64,000 nucleotides of DNA from Selaginella moellendorffii (taxonomy: Eukaryota; Plantae; Lycopodiophyta). Shown here piece after piece: positions 1 through 10,700 of the stretch. Under the pieces are notes generated by a model. It was not told where the DNA came from. It saw only the letters and a program-made list of their open reading frames with translations, and did not search any database. The stretch is from the NCBI RefSeq assembly GCF_000143415.4, contig NW_003314301.1:1542981-1606980 (forward strand), in the 5' to 3' direction. The translations under genes and the position numbers were made by a program. Positions within the stretch are counted from its first letter, which is position 1. The number at the start of each line of letters is the position of its first letter.

Positions 1-2900
1 TGAAGAGGAAATGCAACCTATCAGAAATATCAACAAGAAAAAATTGTAAGAGATAATACAAGAATGCAATATATTATTTACTATCCAAACCAGTAGGTTC
101 TTGAAATTTTAAAATGTCTACCACTATTATCTAAAATAGCCTTCATAACTTATTTGTGATGTCTCTATTTAGTCAAAGATGCCTATATTTAAAACTATCC
201 ACTAAGACAAAAACTCTAATTCTTAATGCTTTTCCAAGTATTAGCATCTTATAGTCTTTATGATAGTGTAGGCATTTAGATCATATAAATTCTCCACCAT
301 AGTATTGGTAGTTCCATCATGTTTATATTCAGCCTCCACAATACCTATTTAATCGAGAATGCATTGCCACTGATAAACAAAAAAGTCAGACGGAAGGAAT
401 ATTTGGCAGCACAATTTCATACATCAAAATGCTGCTAAGTCCCAAACAGTTGGACTCAAGGTCCAACTGCCCAAGTTCCAACCCAATGACCAACTTCAGT
501 TTCTTAGCAATCTCGGTTCAACACTCTACAGCAGCAACTCTACAACAGACTCGAACACCGGACGGGTACAAATGACCCGAAAGCGGTTACCAGGAGCGGT
601 TGCCAGATGATGACATCTGTACTGCAGACATAAACCCGAAAGGACCATGGCAACAAGCATGGACATGGTTGCCCAGGACTTAGTATAAATAGGCTAGCTG
701 TGAGAGTGATAATTTTATCCCATCTCTACTCTACACAAAGAAAAGCTTTGTAAAAATTTTCTTTATCAACTGCTTGTGAGATTTGACTTCCTACTCTGTG
801 TTCTGGGATTGACACTGAGATGCATTTAGTTTTCACTCAGTTTTCCTTTCTATTGTATCAGTGCATTCACTTGTTCTGGGTTTTTGTTGATTTTGTGGCC
901 TGCGCCATCCTTGCCTACCTTCAGTTCTATTGACAGCCAAGTTCTTAGTGTGGATCAAGGAGTTGTACGACCGGCCAATCATGTAGCCTCTCTTTCTATT
1001 CTCGTCAGACTTGTAATCCGACTGGCAACCAAATACTCAACTGAGCCAACCATTTCATGATTTCACCATTCCAACCCCTTTTCCATTTTCCCCTTTGTTT
1101 CCTTCTTTTCTCCATAACACTTGTTTTTCCATGATAACAGCCACTCCTGCCAATATGGCATTGCATTTTTATTAAAAACTCAACATAGAAAAGAGCTTCT
1201 TATAAGCTAAGGGATTCTATTACTATTTCCACTATGTCCTTATCCTCTATATTTGCTATCTCATATTGCTTAAAAACCTTAGTCTTCAACCATGTTACTA
1301 TGACTATCATATTGTTATTACAAGATTCTAAAGTAGCGATCTTTATTACTCCTATTGTATGCTTAAAAACACCAATCTTCTTTATTTGTAACACTTGGAA
1401 TTTCACATTCTTTTGCAAGGTTATATGAACTTTTCATGCATACTACTCACATGCTCGGGACCAATATATTCAAACCTACATGTGCAATTGTTACAAAGAT
1501 GTCAACAAAACTAATGAAAAGCTTACTTTAGTATTTCTCCAATTTCAAGATCTTTTAAACACATAGGTGATTGCATGTTGCTCCCATTAGAATTTGAACT
1601 AGGAATGATGAATCTTCTTTTATTAGTCATCCTCATTATCGGAAATGACAAATAGCCACCTTATAAAGAAGTGTCAAGGATAGAGGCAATAGAAAATAAC
1701 TTATTTTACCTAAACTACAAATGATGAGAGTTCTAGTGCATTTTTTATTTCTTCAAGTTCTTCTTCTAAATACTAATTATCTTATTTATCATTTATATCA
1801 TCCCCACCAGCATTAACAATTATGTCCTCATTGCACTATTTTTATAGAATTGCAAGCAAATTTCTTCTTCTCATTAGATTTCCATCTAGGAAATAGAGGA
1901 TATCAATCTAAGAATTGCTAACAATGTTGATATATGTGGCTTCATCACATGCTTAGTAGCAAATATTGCAGCCATGACCACATCCTCGTCATTGTTTTGA
2001 ATATGAGCAATAATAACATTAACTTCCATCATAATAGAATCATTTCCTATAGAAAGTGAAACTAAAACATGTGCAACTATAAGCGGGAGAAATGATGTTT
2101 CATAGCATTGTGTTAATTGAAAAGTGTTGTTAAAGGTGGCTAGGGCAAGTGCATGCAAAATCTCCATATGATTTTGACAAAGTGTTTGCCATAAATGCCT
2201 AACTTGATTCACTCTAATATATTTGGCTCCATGTGAAGTCGAAATAAATACTAAACTGCATAATTGAATTAGATAGCTCATGAAAGAAATGATATAATTG
2301 CTAAAATATGTCATCTAATATGCATTTGAAGACATTTTAGGAAACAGCTCCAATCTATATAAGTGGTTATGCTCAGACCATTATACCATTGTAACAATAT
2401 CCTTTGAAAATATGTGAGAAATTTATGCAAACACTAGGCATCATCCCAAGTGCTATAAAGTGTTTAAACCAACAGTACACATCATCTTCAAAATTCTTGC
2501 AGAAAAAATTTAAGAATCAATGGCAAGAGTAGGATAGAGTTACACCATGTATCATGAATGTTATCACTATCAATTAAGCCTGATTATTCAATTACAACCA
2601 TATAACATTAAGCAATTGCATCAATTATTACTCCAAAGTCAAATGAGGAGGAGAAAGCTACTGCAAAAGAGGAATATGCTACTTTGTTATGAATGTATAT
2701 AAAAAGAAGAGGTGAAATAAAAGAATAGTATTGGAAAAACTTACAAGAATAAAAAAAATTTAGATGATGTAAAAGCTAGATTTAAACAAAAAAACACAAA
2801 TCCAAACAATTATAAGAGTTAGTACCAATTTGATAGCTACCAAAATTTCACTACACTAATAATAGTTTACAATATTGTATCCATACACTTGGACCTCACA
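1..2900 (-). mobile_element. Decayed Ty3/gypsy LTR retrotransposon (same family as 58265-63918), running off the left edge of the window
   Basis: The reverse complement from 2900 reads TGTGAGGTCCAAGTGTAT...TTTTGGTAGCTATC, matching the LTR start at 63743. The 3' half of the LTR and the PBS are deleted (~2822). The leader matches 58480-58740. The gag remnant at 1886-2314 (HALALATFNNTFQLTQCYE...MMEVN) aligns with 59043-59345 (HAFALATFDNALHLAQHYE...PMEVD). Confidence 0.8.
371..1139 (+). mobile_element. Solo LTR (769 bp) nested in the left gypsy element
   Basis: TG...CA termini (TGATAAAC...GATAACA), perfect 5-bp TSD GCCAC at 366-370 and 1140-1144, internal TATAAATAGG near 684, and higher GC than the flanks. 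Confidence 0.8.
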
Positions 2901-2939
2901 AGGTTTAGAAAAATCACTAATATGCTCATTTTGTTAATT

Positions 2940-3011
2940 CAATAGTTTATCCTATCTTTTAATTAAATTTTAATAATTATTTTACCCAAGGAAAGCTGGG
3001 ACTTTTCCTAG
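2940..3011 (+). mobile_element. Possible Helitron 3' terminus
   Basis: Imperfect hairpin CCCAAGGAAAGCTGGG (2985-3000), then a 7-nt spacer, CTAG and a flanking T; the upstream sequence is AT-rich. Confidence 0.35.
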
Positions 3012-3500
3012 TTTGAATATATATCAACTATTACCTTAAAAAATTATAGAACACTAATACATACTTTGTCAATAGAATTTGCATAATAGGTATGTTTTTG
3101 GTTTGCTTTAGATTAATCTTGTATTTATACTTTATAAACATATTGTAATTTATAAACTTTAGTGAACACTTCCTAGTATATTCTAGTTTATTCTTAGATT
3201 TCTAAGTTATAATTCGGATTAATAAATAATACTAGAAAAGAATAACACAGCAAAACAAATGTTGTTAGATGCAAAACTAATAAATTGTCTCTAGCTTCTC
3301 CTTGATTTCCAGTAATTAGTCTGAAATGGTAAATCAATAAAAAATTGAGAGTTTAATTTTATTTAATTTTATATATAACCAATAAAATTAAACCAATTCT
3401 TTTATAAAAAATTGCTACAACACACAGAAAAATTGATTAAAAATGTAATCATAGTATTTAATCTCGAGATATAAAAAGAAGCATTGGAAAGCTAGGGCTT

Positions 3501-5717
3501 ATGTTCCGTGGGTGGATTCCGTTCTTGGACGAGCCAGTGAATCTCACTTTTGAGGTAAGCGATATAGTCTTTGCGCTGCGGGCGTGCGGCGTCACGAAGG
3601 ATTTAGAATGCGGCCGGAGAGTTCACTGCAGCTCACTAATCCAGGGCTTCTGCGGGATCGATATTTCAAATTCTCTGGTGAGGATGTATGGCCGATGTGG
3701 GAGCGTGGCCAATGCGCTAGTAATTTTCGAGAGAATGCCGAGCCACAGCACCGTCTCGTGGAACGCGTTAATACTAGCATACGTCGAGAACGGGCAAGCT
3801 GGTTTAGCTCTGGAGATTTTTTTCTCTCGTATGGAAGAAGAGTGGTGCTCGTCCAACACTTACGTTGCTGTGCTTATGGCTTGCTCTAGCTTGGTGGAAG
3901 AGAAAGAAGACGATTGCCACAAAACTAGGTGCTTGGAGGCAGCAAAGTCCATTCACTTGCAAGCTACGCAGAAATTTGAAGGGAAACTCTCGCAGGAGAT
4001 CTTCGTGGCGAACGCTTTGATGGAAACGTACGCGAAGTGTGGAAGCATGGCTGATGCTTGGGAAGTTTTCCGGGGGATGGATTCCAGGGACGTTGTGTCA
4101 TGGACGACGGTGATGCGGGGATATGTCAGGAACGGGGAAGCTCAGGTGGCTCTCGAGCTCTTCCAGAGAATGAAAGCTTGCAAGTGTGAGCCGGATTCCC
4201 GGGCTTATGTCGTGGTGCTTTCGGCTTGTGCGAGCTTGGCGGACCGAGAAGAAGGGGCTCAAGTTGGCGGTAAAACTGTGAAGCTTAAGAGCTTAGAGAA
4301 GGGGATGGAGATTCACTCGCAGCTGGAAACTGGGAACAGGGTCAAGAAGATGGAAGGCTTTGGTGGTGACTTGTTAGATTCTAGAAACCAAGAACAGGTT
4401 TTCTTATCGGGTAGCCTGGTGGATATGTACTGCAGATGCGGAGCTCTAGTGGATGCTCAGCGGGTTTTTGATAGAACTAGTCACGAGCAGCGAAACGTGG
4501 TTCTTTGGACGGCTCTCATTCAGGGATATGCCGAGAATGGTGAAAACGAGGTGGCTTTAAGATTGTTTTCGAGCATGGATGGTGTGAGAAGCTCGAGAAC
4601 TTTTCTTGCGGCTTTGACGGCTTGCGCTGGTTTAGGAGCAAAAGAGCAAGGCAGACTTGTGTCCGGCAAGGTTGTCAAGCTTTCGAGTTTGGAGAACGGG
4701 ATGGAAGTTCACGCTCGAGCTGTGGAGGCTGGAGTTTCTTCCGACTTGTTCGTGGCCAACACCTTGGTCGACATGTACTTCAAGTGTGGGAGCGTGCTGG
4801 ATGCTCGTCGCTGCTTCGACAGGTTGGTTTCTCACAGCATTGTTTCGTGGACTGCTTTAATCCTTGGCTGTGCAGAGAATGGCGAGAACGAGCTGGCCTT
4901 GGACCTGTTTAGACGTGTGAGCTGCCGAGCCAACTCTCTAACTTATGCCGCCGCTCTCACCGCCTGTGCAAACATGGGAGCACTCCAATCCGGAAGGAAG
5001 ATCCACGCGGAAGCCGAGGCTTTGGGATTCAACACCGCCGAGCTGTCCCTGGCAAACTCTCTGGTAAATCTCTACAGCAAGTGTGGCAGCATGGCTGACG
5101 CTGAGAAGATCTTTAGATCCATGACCAGAAAGGATCTAGTGACTTGGAGCTCGCTCATATCGGGATACAGCAGCAAAGGAGCAACACAAGAGGTATTTAC
5201 CTGGTTTCACAGCTTGCTGCTCGAAGGCCTAGAGCCGGATAACATCACGTATCTTTCCGTGCTTGCAGCGTGTAGCCACGCCGGGCTTGTCACCAAAGCC
5301 GGGGATTACTTCCAAGGGATGAGAGTCAAGCCAGAGATCCAGCACTATCACTGCATGATCGACGCTCTTGGACGAGCAAATCTTCTCGACGAGGCAGTAG
5401 AACTTGCCGAGAGGAGGATGCCTTGGCAAGCTACTGCGGTGACATGGACGACGATTCTAAGTTCCTGTCGAAAGTGGAAGAACGTAGCAGTGGCGAAGCT
5501 GGCTTTCAAAGCTGTGATGAGGCTGGACAGGAACGAAGGCGCGGCATACGTTCTCATGGCCAGTATGTTTGAAAGCTTGGAACTCTGGCAGGAGCAACGA
5601 AGCGTGCTGGCTATGGCTTCGGCCAGCCAAAACTTTGAAGGAAACAGGACAAAAGGTTATAAAAAATCGAAGAGCTTGATTTACTCTTCTTGTAGATTCT
5701 GTACAGCCATGGATTAA
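3501..5717 (+). CDS. PLS-class pentatricopeptide repeat protein with E domain (organellar RNA editing factor type)
   Basis: Intronless 738-aa ORF with repeated 'LVDMY.KCG...A..VF......VVSWTA.I.GY' motifs, 'VLAACSHAGLV', 'HYHCMIDALGRA' and 'AAYVLMASM'; no DYW domain. Confidence 0.95.
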   Translation: MFRGWIPFLDEPVNLTFEVSDIVFALRACGVTKDLECGRRVHCSSLIQGFCGIDISNSLVRMYGRCGSVANALVIFERMPSHSTVSWNALILAYVENGQAGLALEIFFSRMEEEWCSSNTYVAVLMACSSLVEEKEDDCHKTRCLEAAKSIHLQATQKFEGKLSQEIFVANALMETYAKCGSMADAWEVFRGMDSRDVVSWTTVMRGYVRNGEAQVALELFQRMKACKCEPDSRAYVVVLSACASLADREEGAQVGGKTVKLKSLEKGMEIHSQLETGNRVKKMEGFGGDLLDSRNQEQVFLSGSLVDMYCRCGALVDAQRVFDRTSHEQRNVVLWTALIQGYAENGENEVALRLFSSMDGVRSSRTFLAALTACAGLGAKEQGRLVSGKVVKLSSLENGMEVHARAVEAGVSSDLFVANTLVDMYFKCGSVLDARRCFDRLVSHSIVSWTALILGCAENGENELALDLFRRVSCRANSLTYAAALTACANMGALQSGRKIHAEAEALGFNTAELSLANSLVNLYSKCGSMADAEKIFRSMTRKDLVTWSSLISGYSSKGATQEVFTWFHSLLLEGLEPDNITYLSVLAACSHAGLVTKAGDYFQGMRVKPEIQHYHCMIDALGRANLLDEAVELAERRMPWQATAVTWTTILSSCRKWKNVAVAKLAFKAVMRLDRNEGAAYVLMASMFESLELWQEQRSVLAMASASQNFEGNRTKGYKKSKSLIYSSCRFCTAMD

Positions 5718-5730
5718 CAGTTGTCCATTT

Positions 5731-6782
5731 CTACTCAACATTCTCTTCTAGTTGCTTGGCGTTGAAATTCTGGCCGTAGAGACTAATGCTGCTTACAGAA
5801 GTTCTATATCTGTGTTTTAAAAACAGAAACCGTTAAATCTAGAAAATACAAAGCTTTAAGAAAAACAAAAAGATAGAAACCTGCTATTTGGCTCCGACAT
5901 ATCTTGGCTGACTCTCGTGCTGTAAGCTACGTAAACAAGCGCATTGTTGGCTTCATCATAAATCCTGCCAGGAAATAATCAACGAAAAGTAGAAAGTTTT
6001 AGAAAGTTTTAGGGGACAAAGCAAAAAGAGAAAAGCGCACCTCCGGACGTGCATTGTCTGAAACCAAACAGACCAGATTAGATTTACAGTAAAAGCAAGA
6101 AGCACAAAAATTTTACCTTGAAGAACAGGTTCCTCTTTGCACTGAACACCTCTTCCCCCTACATTGCCCGAGAAAGAAAAAAAAAACTCGAGAAAGAGTC
6201 ATGGAATTTTTTAATTTTTTTTAACCTTCAAACCGAGGGCGATTGGCGAAACCAGTCTCAGCGGGCCTGTCTGAGATGCAGAAACAGAAGCCTGTAAAAG
6301 TAATATCACTCATCGAACGAGTAGAAAAAAAACGTAGATTTTTTTTCACCTGGGAAGGATCTGTGAAGAAATCCCTTGAGAGACGCTCGGTCAGGGATCG
6401 CTTGACATTGGAGATGTGAATTGTAATGCCTTCAATCTATGGAGAAAACAAAAACAAAAAAAGCTAGGAAAGAGCGTCCCAGCCAAAGACCAAAAAGAGA
6501 AAACCTTTGGATCGGGAAGAGCAATGACTTCCACAATGTCATTGAAGAGCAATCCACTCGCCTTGAACTGCCCAATCTGCGAGAAAGCGCAAGCATCAAT
6601 CAAAACACACACACAAAAAGAGGAAAAGAGGAAAAATCCCTTGTTTCGATCCCAACCTTGGTCGCTGCCGCTGCTCCTCCCGATTCGGCGACAGCCGGTT
6701 GAAATCGATCGCCAAAAAACAAGAGAGCTGCCGCTGCTGCCCCTGCTGTTCCAACGCTCGCGAGAAACACCCTCCTTGCCAT
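5731..6782 (-). CDS. CreA-family protein (8 exons) with an RR-containing hydrophobic leader
   Basis: Exons joined by hand at GT-AG introns (~6782-6657, 6576-6505, 6436-6350, 6291-6226, 6158-6117, 6057-6041, ~5964-5881, 5809-5731) give ...DIVEVIALPDPKIEGITIHIS...DPSQASVSASQTGPL...GEEVFSAKRNLFFKTMHVRRIYDEANNALVYVAYSTR..., matching recalled bacterial CreA motifs (DPKV.GVTC, DPSDASIACRQTGP, GEEVF, RRIYD..N.LVY..YS). Confidence 0.85.
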
Positions 6783-6907
6783 AAACCCTTTCTAGGGCTT
6801 TAAACCCTTTAGAATATTCGCGAAAAACATTCGAGATTCCAGAAAATCTAACTTGTCCACTTGGCAGCATATATTTCTTACACGTGGTACTCCTTACGTG
6901 CCACTTC

Positions 6908-7423
6908 TCAGGCGGTTCCAAGAAGAATCTCACACCGCCATGGCGGTCTAAAGCCTTGATCCACTTCCAGAACGAGCAACTTATACAAGACGTAGTAGCG
7001 ATTCCATCGCATGAGCTTGCCATACGATAGCCCCTCGCAGCGCTTCTTCCACACGCAATCGTGCACAGCGCAGGTCCTCCAGCTCTTGGACACCGCCAGG
7101 CACTTGCCCACATCCACAGACGCGAGCATGGGGAAGATCTTCTCTTGCATTAGCACCGATCCTAGCGCCTGGAGTGGATCCAGGGGTCCCGGCGCTGGAA
7201 TTCTTCGCGGCCACGACCTGATCTTCTCCTCCTCGAGCGCCGCGATGTAGCGGGGACGAACGCACAGCCGCCGGCAAGGCCCACAATCGATGAGATTGCC
7301 GCTGTAGTAGAGAGTGCTCGGGCAATCGCGGGATTTCTTCTCGGAATCTAATCCAGAGCACATCGCCTTCGCAGTTGGGACTGACGATTTTCCAAAGAAT
7401 CCACAGCGCATCCCCATTTCCAT
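6908..7423 (-). CDS. Small F-box protein
   Basis: Single-exon 171-aa ORF with the F-box signature 'LMQEKIFPMLASVDVGKCLAVSKSWR......VWKKRC'. Confidence 0.75.
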   Translation of the reverse strand: MEMGMRCGFFGKSSVPTAKAMCSGLDSEKKSRDCPSTLYYSGNLIDCGPCRRLCVRPRYIAALEEEKIRSWPRRIPAPGPLDPLQALGSVLMQEKIFPMLASVDVGKCLAVSKSWRTCAVHDCVWKKRCEGLSYGKLMRWNRYYVLYKLLVLEVDQGFRPPWRCEILLGTA

Positions 7424-7535
7424 CTGAAAAACTATTTGGATGTGCGAGAAGTATGTACACTTGGCAGACCGACAACTCTGCCAGCTGGTAAGTCGGTCGT
7501 TTGTACACGTGATAGGGCTGACATGGCGCCTGTGA

Positions 7536-7590
7536 AGTCAATGTTTGACTTTTGGACAAAATGTCGTCGAATCATTGACTTAGTCAATGA
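7536..7590. promoter_or_regulatory. Cluster of four W-boxes (TTGACT) in the F-box / NB-ARC-ARM bidirectional promoter
   Basis: AGTCAA 7536-7541, TTGACT 7545-7550, TTGACT 7575-7580, AGTCAA 7582-7587. The last pair forms the palindrome TCATTGACT-T-AGTCAATGA. Confidence 0.6.
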
Positions 7591-7740
7591 AAGCACTGTT
7601 GGGAGTGTGTATAGGGTTCTTGCGATTGCGATGACCTCTCGCGCATCTCTCCCCCAATTCCAGGTAGGCCGGAATCCAGTGCCACTCCATTTTCAACGGC
7701 ATTGCACGATTGATCGCTAGCGCGCGCGCGGATCAATCAA

Positions 7741-10700
7741 ATGGAGGCGCTCCAGGCAGTGGCGTCGCTCATCCAGGGCGCCCAGGCGCTGCTCCAGGGC
7801 GTGGAGGCTCTCTCGCGGGCGTCCAGGGATCTCTCCGAGGCTCCTCAGAAGATCGCCCAGTTAGAGGAGACGCTGGGCGATCTGACCAAGCTCCACGCCA
7901 CGCTCCTCCACAACCACAGCTCCAAGCTCCACCATCCGGAGCTCCTCGCTCAGCTCCATAGCTTCGAAGCTCTCATCCGCGACGAGGACTTCCAGCTCGG
8001 CCGCGCCAAGAAATTGGTGCTCTTCCGTCGCCGCAAGGGACCGCTCAAGATGAAGATGTATCTCAACGTGGTGGTCACTGCGGTCACTGGCGACGAGCTC
8101 TCGGAGATCGTCAAGTCCATGAACTCCCAGCTCCTCGAGTGGATCAACAAGAACAGCATCAAGGCCACCATTGCCAAAGCTTTCGACAAGACGGCCGAGA
8201 AGCTCACGAGCTACCTCCGGGTCCAGGCCCAGCCGGGCTACCACCCGGTGGCGTCCAAGGCCCGGAAGATCCGAGCTCTCCTCGAGGACGAGACGAGCTC
8301 CTCGCGAAAGGTGGTGCTTATCCATGGACTGTCCGGGATGGGAAAGTCGTGCCTGGCTCGCTACGTCGCCGCGGATCCGCCCAAGCGATTCGTGCATGGA
8401 GCGGTGGATTTGCTGCTCGGGCAGGGGTGTAGCCGCCGGAGCGGAACTCCCCAATATCACTCGCGGCTAGCGGCAAAGCTGTGTCATTTGCTTCGAGTTC
8501 TCGGGAGGAAGAGAGGAGAGATAGATGGATTGGATTTGGAGGAGGCTTGCCAGGTTCTACAAGAGACGTTGCTCGGGAGGAGCATCCTGGTGGTGCTGGA
8601 CGACGTGTGGGAGCCGGATATCATCGCGAGGTTCACGCGGCTGTATGACAACGAATGCCGGTTCCTGGCCACGACGAGAAACCAGGCGGTGTATGAGACG
8701 ACGACCGAGGCTGAAAAGGTGGAGATTGGCACCGAGGATGTGTCAGAGCTCAGCCGGGGGATCTTGATGCAGCACAGCCAATTGTCCGAGGAGGAGCTAC
8801 CGGTAAGCTTTCCATCTCTTGCCTTTTTCGCATCGTTTGATCTTCTTCTTGCGTGCCTGATCCTTTTGTCGATCTTTGGGTAGTGTTCTTCATAGTGTCT
8901 TCCTTTTCATCCTTTTCTTTCCGCATTGTATCTCCTTTCGATTCATTCTTTTGGCGTGATCTTCGCCCTGATCATGCATTTCTATCTTCCAAAAACTCTC
9001 TTTTTCTAACACAAAACATAACAGGAGGCCACAACCGAGCTGCTAATCCAGAGATGCGGCCACCACCCTCTCACTCTCGCAGTCCTCGGCAAAGCTCTCT
9101 TCAAAGAGACCCGGCCCGAGCAGTGGGACAAAGCTCTGGACGATCTAAGCACCTACGCGGCCCAGGCCCCCGTCCCAGTCCACTACCTCAACGACAAAGA
9201 AGCCGAGAGCGCCGCCACCGTCTTTGGCTCCTTCGACTACAGCCTCCACGCCATGACCACTCACGCCAGAGATCTCTTCCTCTCTCTCGCAGCTCTCTGC
9301 TGGGCCACTCCAATCCCCGAGCCTTGCCTGGAAGCGATCTGGCAAGCTCTCCATCAAGACACCACCTTCCGGATCGTCTCTTCCAAGCTCTGCGACAGCT
9401 CCCTTCTCAAGCGATCCAGCTCCAGCGGCAGCGACACCTTCCTCCACTACACCGTCCACGACATGGTGGCGCTCTTCCTCGAGACCAAGACCGAGGAGTC
9501 CATCGCGCTGCTGCTCAAGGAGCACTCGCTCATCCACGCCGAGTCCCGTGCCGCGATCGTCCCGTGGCTCTACCGCTTTGGCAACCGGAGGATCGTCAAG
9601 CTCGCGGAGGACTCCCTGGTGGAGGTGTTCTGGTCCAACAGCGAGGAGCTCCCCGCGATCGTTCTGTGGAACGTGGTGGAGGTGCTCTCCACGAGCAGCA
9701 CGATGGCGGAGCTCGAGGCGGCGTCGATCGGATTTAGCCGGATCCTGGGGCCGGAGCTGGCGAGGCTGTTCTTGCTGGGATTCGAGGACTTGCATGCCGC
9801 GGTGGCGCGCTGCGTCGCGAATTGCTTCGCGCGATCCGACTACGAGCGTCACACTTTCGCTCTCGTCCAGGCGGGAGCTCCCGAGAAGCTGGCGGTGCTC
9901 GTGAGGAACCACGAGGAGTTCCATGTAAGGCGAGACGCGGCCATGGTTCTCGCCAGGCTCGCCGAGTTCCGCCACGACGCTTGCGAGGAGATCATGCGAG
10001 AGGTGCCGCTCAAGGAGGTGGTGGAGCTGCTGGATCCCCGCGCGGAGGAGACGCACAACCCGGTGATCGATTCGCTCATGACGCTGGCACGCGCCGGGGA
10101 GGAGGTGGCGGTGAGAGAGATCTTCCTGGCCGGCGCCGGGAAGAAGCTCGAGGAGATGCTGCTCAGTGGATCGGAGATCGCCCAGCAGCGAGCAATCGTG
10201 GCGCTCAAATCTTTCCACGAGCTCGGCGGCTCCTCCGTCCAGGGATTCTTGCGAGGCTCCGGGATCCTCCTCCGGCGGGAGCTTCCATGGCAGGCCAAGC
10301 TCAGCCTCGAGAGATTGACAGTGCTGGATCGAAAATCATCGTTTAACCAGCGGTCGTCGAGCAGCGCTCCTGCAAAGCGGCACTGGATCGCGCAAAAGGT
10401 GGCGGTGCTCCGGGATGGATCCGAGATCGAGCAGCTGCGAGCGATCCAGGAGCTGGCCCCGGCGATGGAGCGAGCCGAAGCCGGAGATCCACAGCTTCTC
10501 GACTCTATTCTCTCCACCAGTCTCATCGAAGTTCTAGCGGCAAAGCTGGATCAAGCCGCGAGCCCTTCTCCAGCGAGTTCTTCCTCTCGCCAGATCAAGC
10601 ACGCGAGCAACCGGATCAAGTCCGAGGCTTGCTTCGCGCTCGTCAAGCTCTCCGCGGGTGGAAGCCGGTGTATCAAGGTCATGATCAAGGCAAAGGTGGT

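Noticed and set aside
365-1027. TGCCA...TGGCA termini as element boundaries
   Set aside because: No TSD; boundaries 371-1139 give a perfect TSD instead
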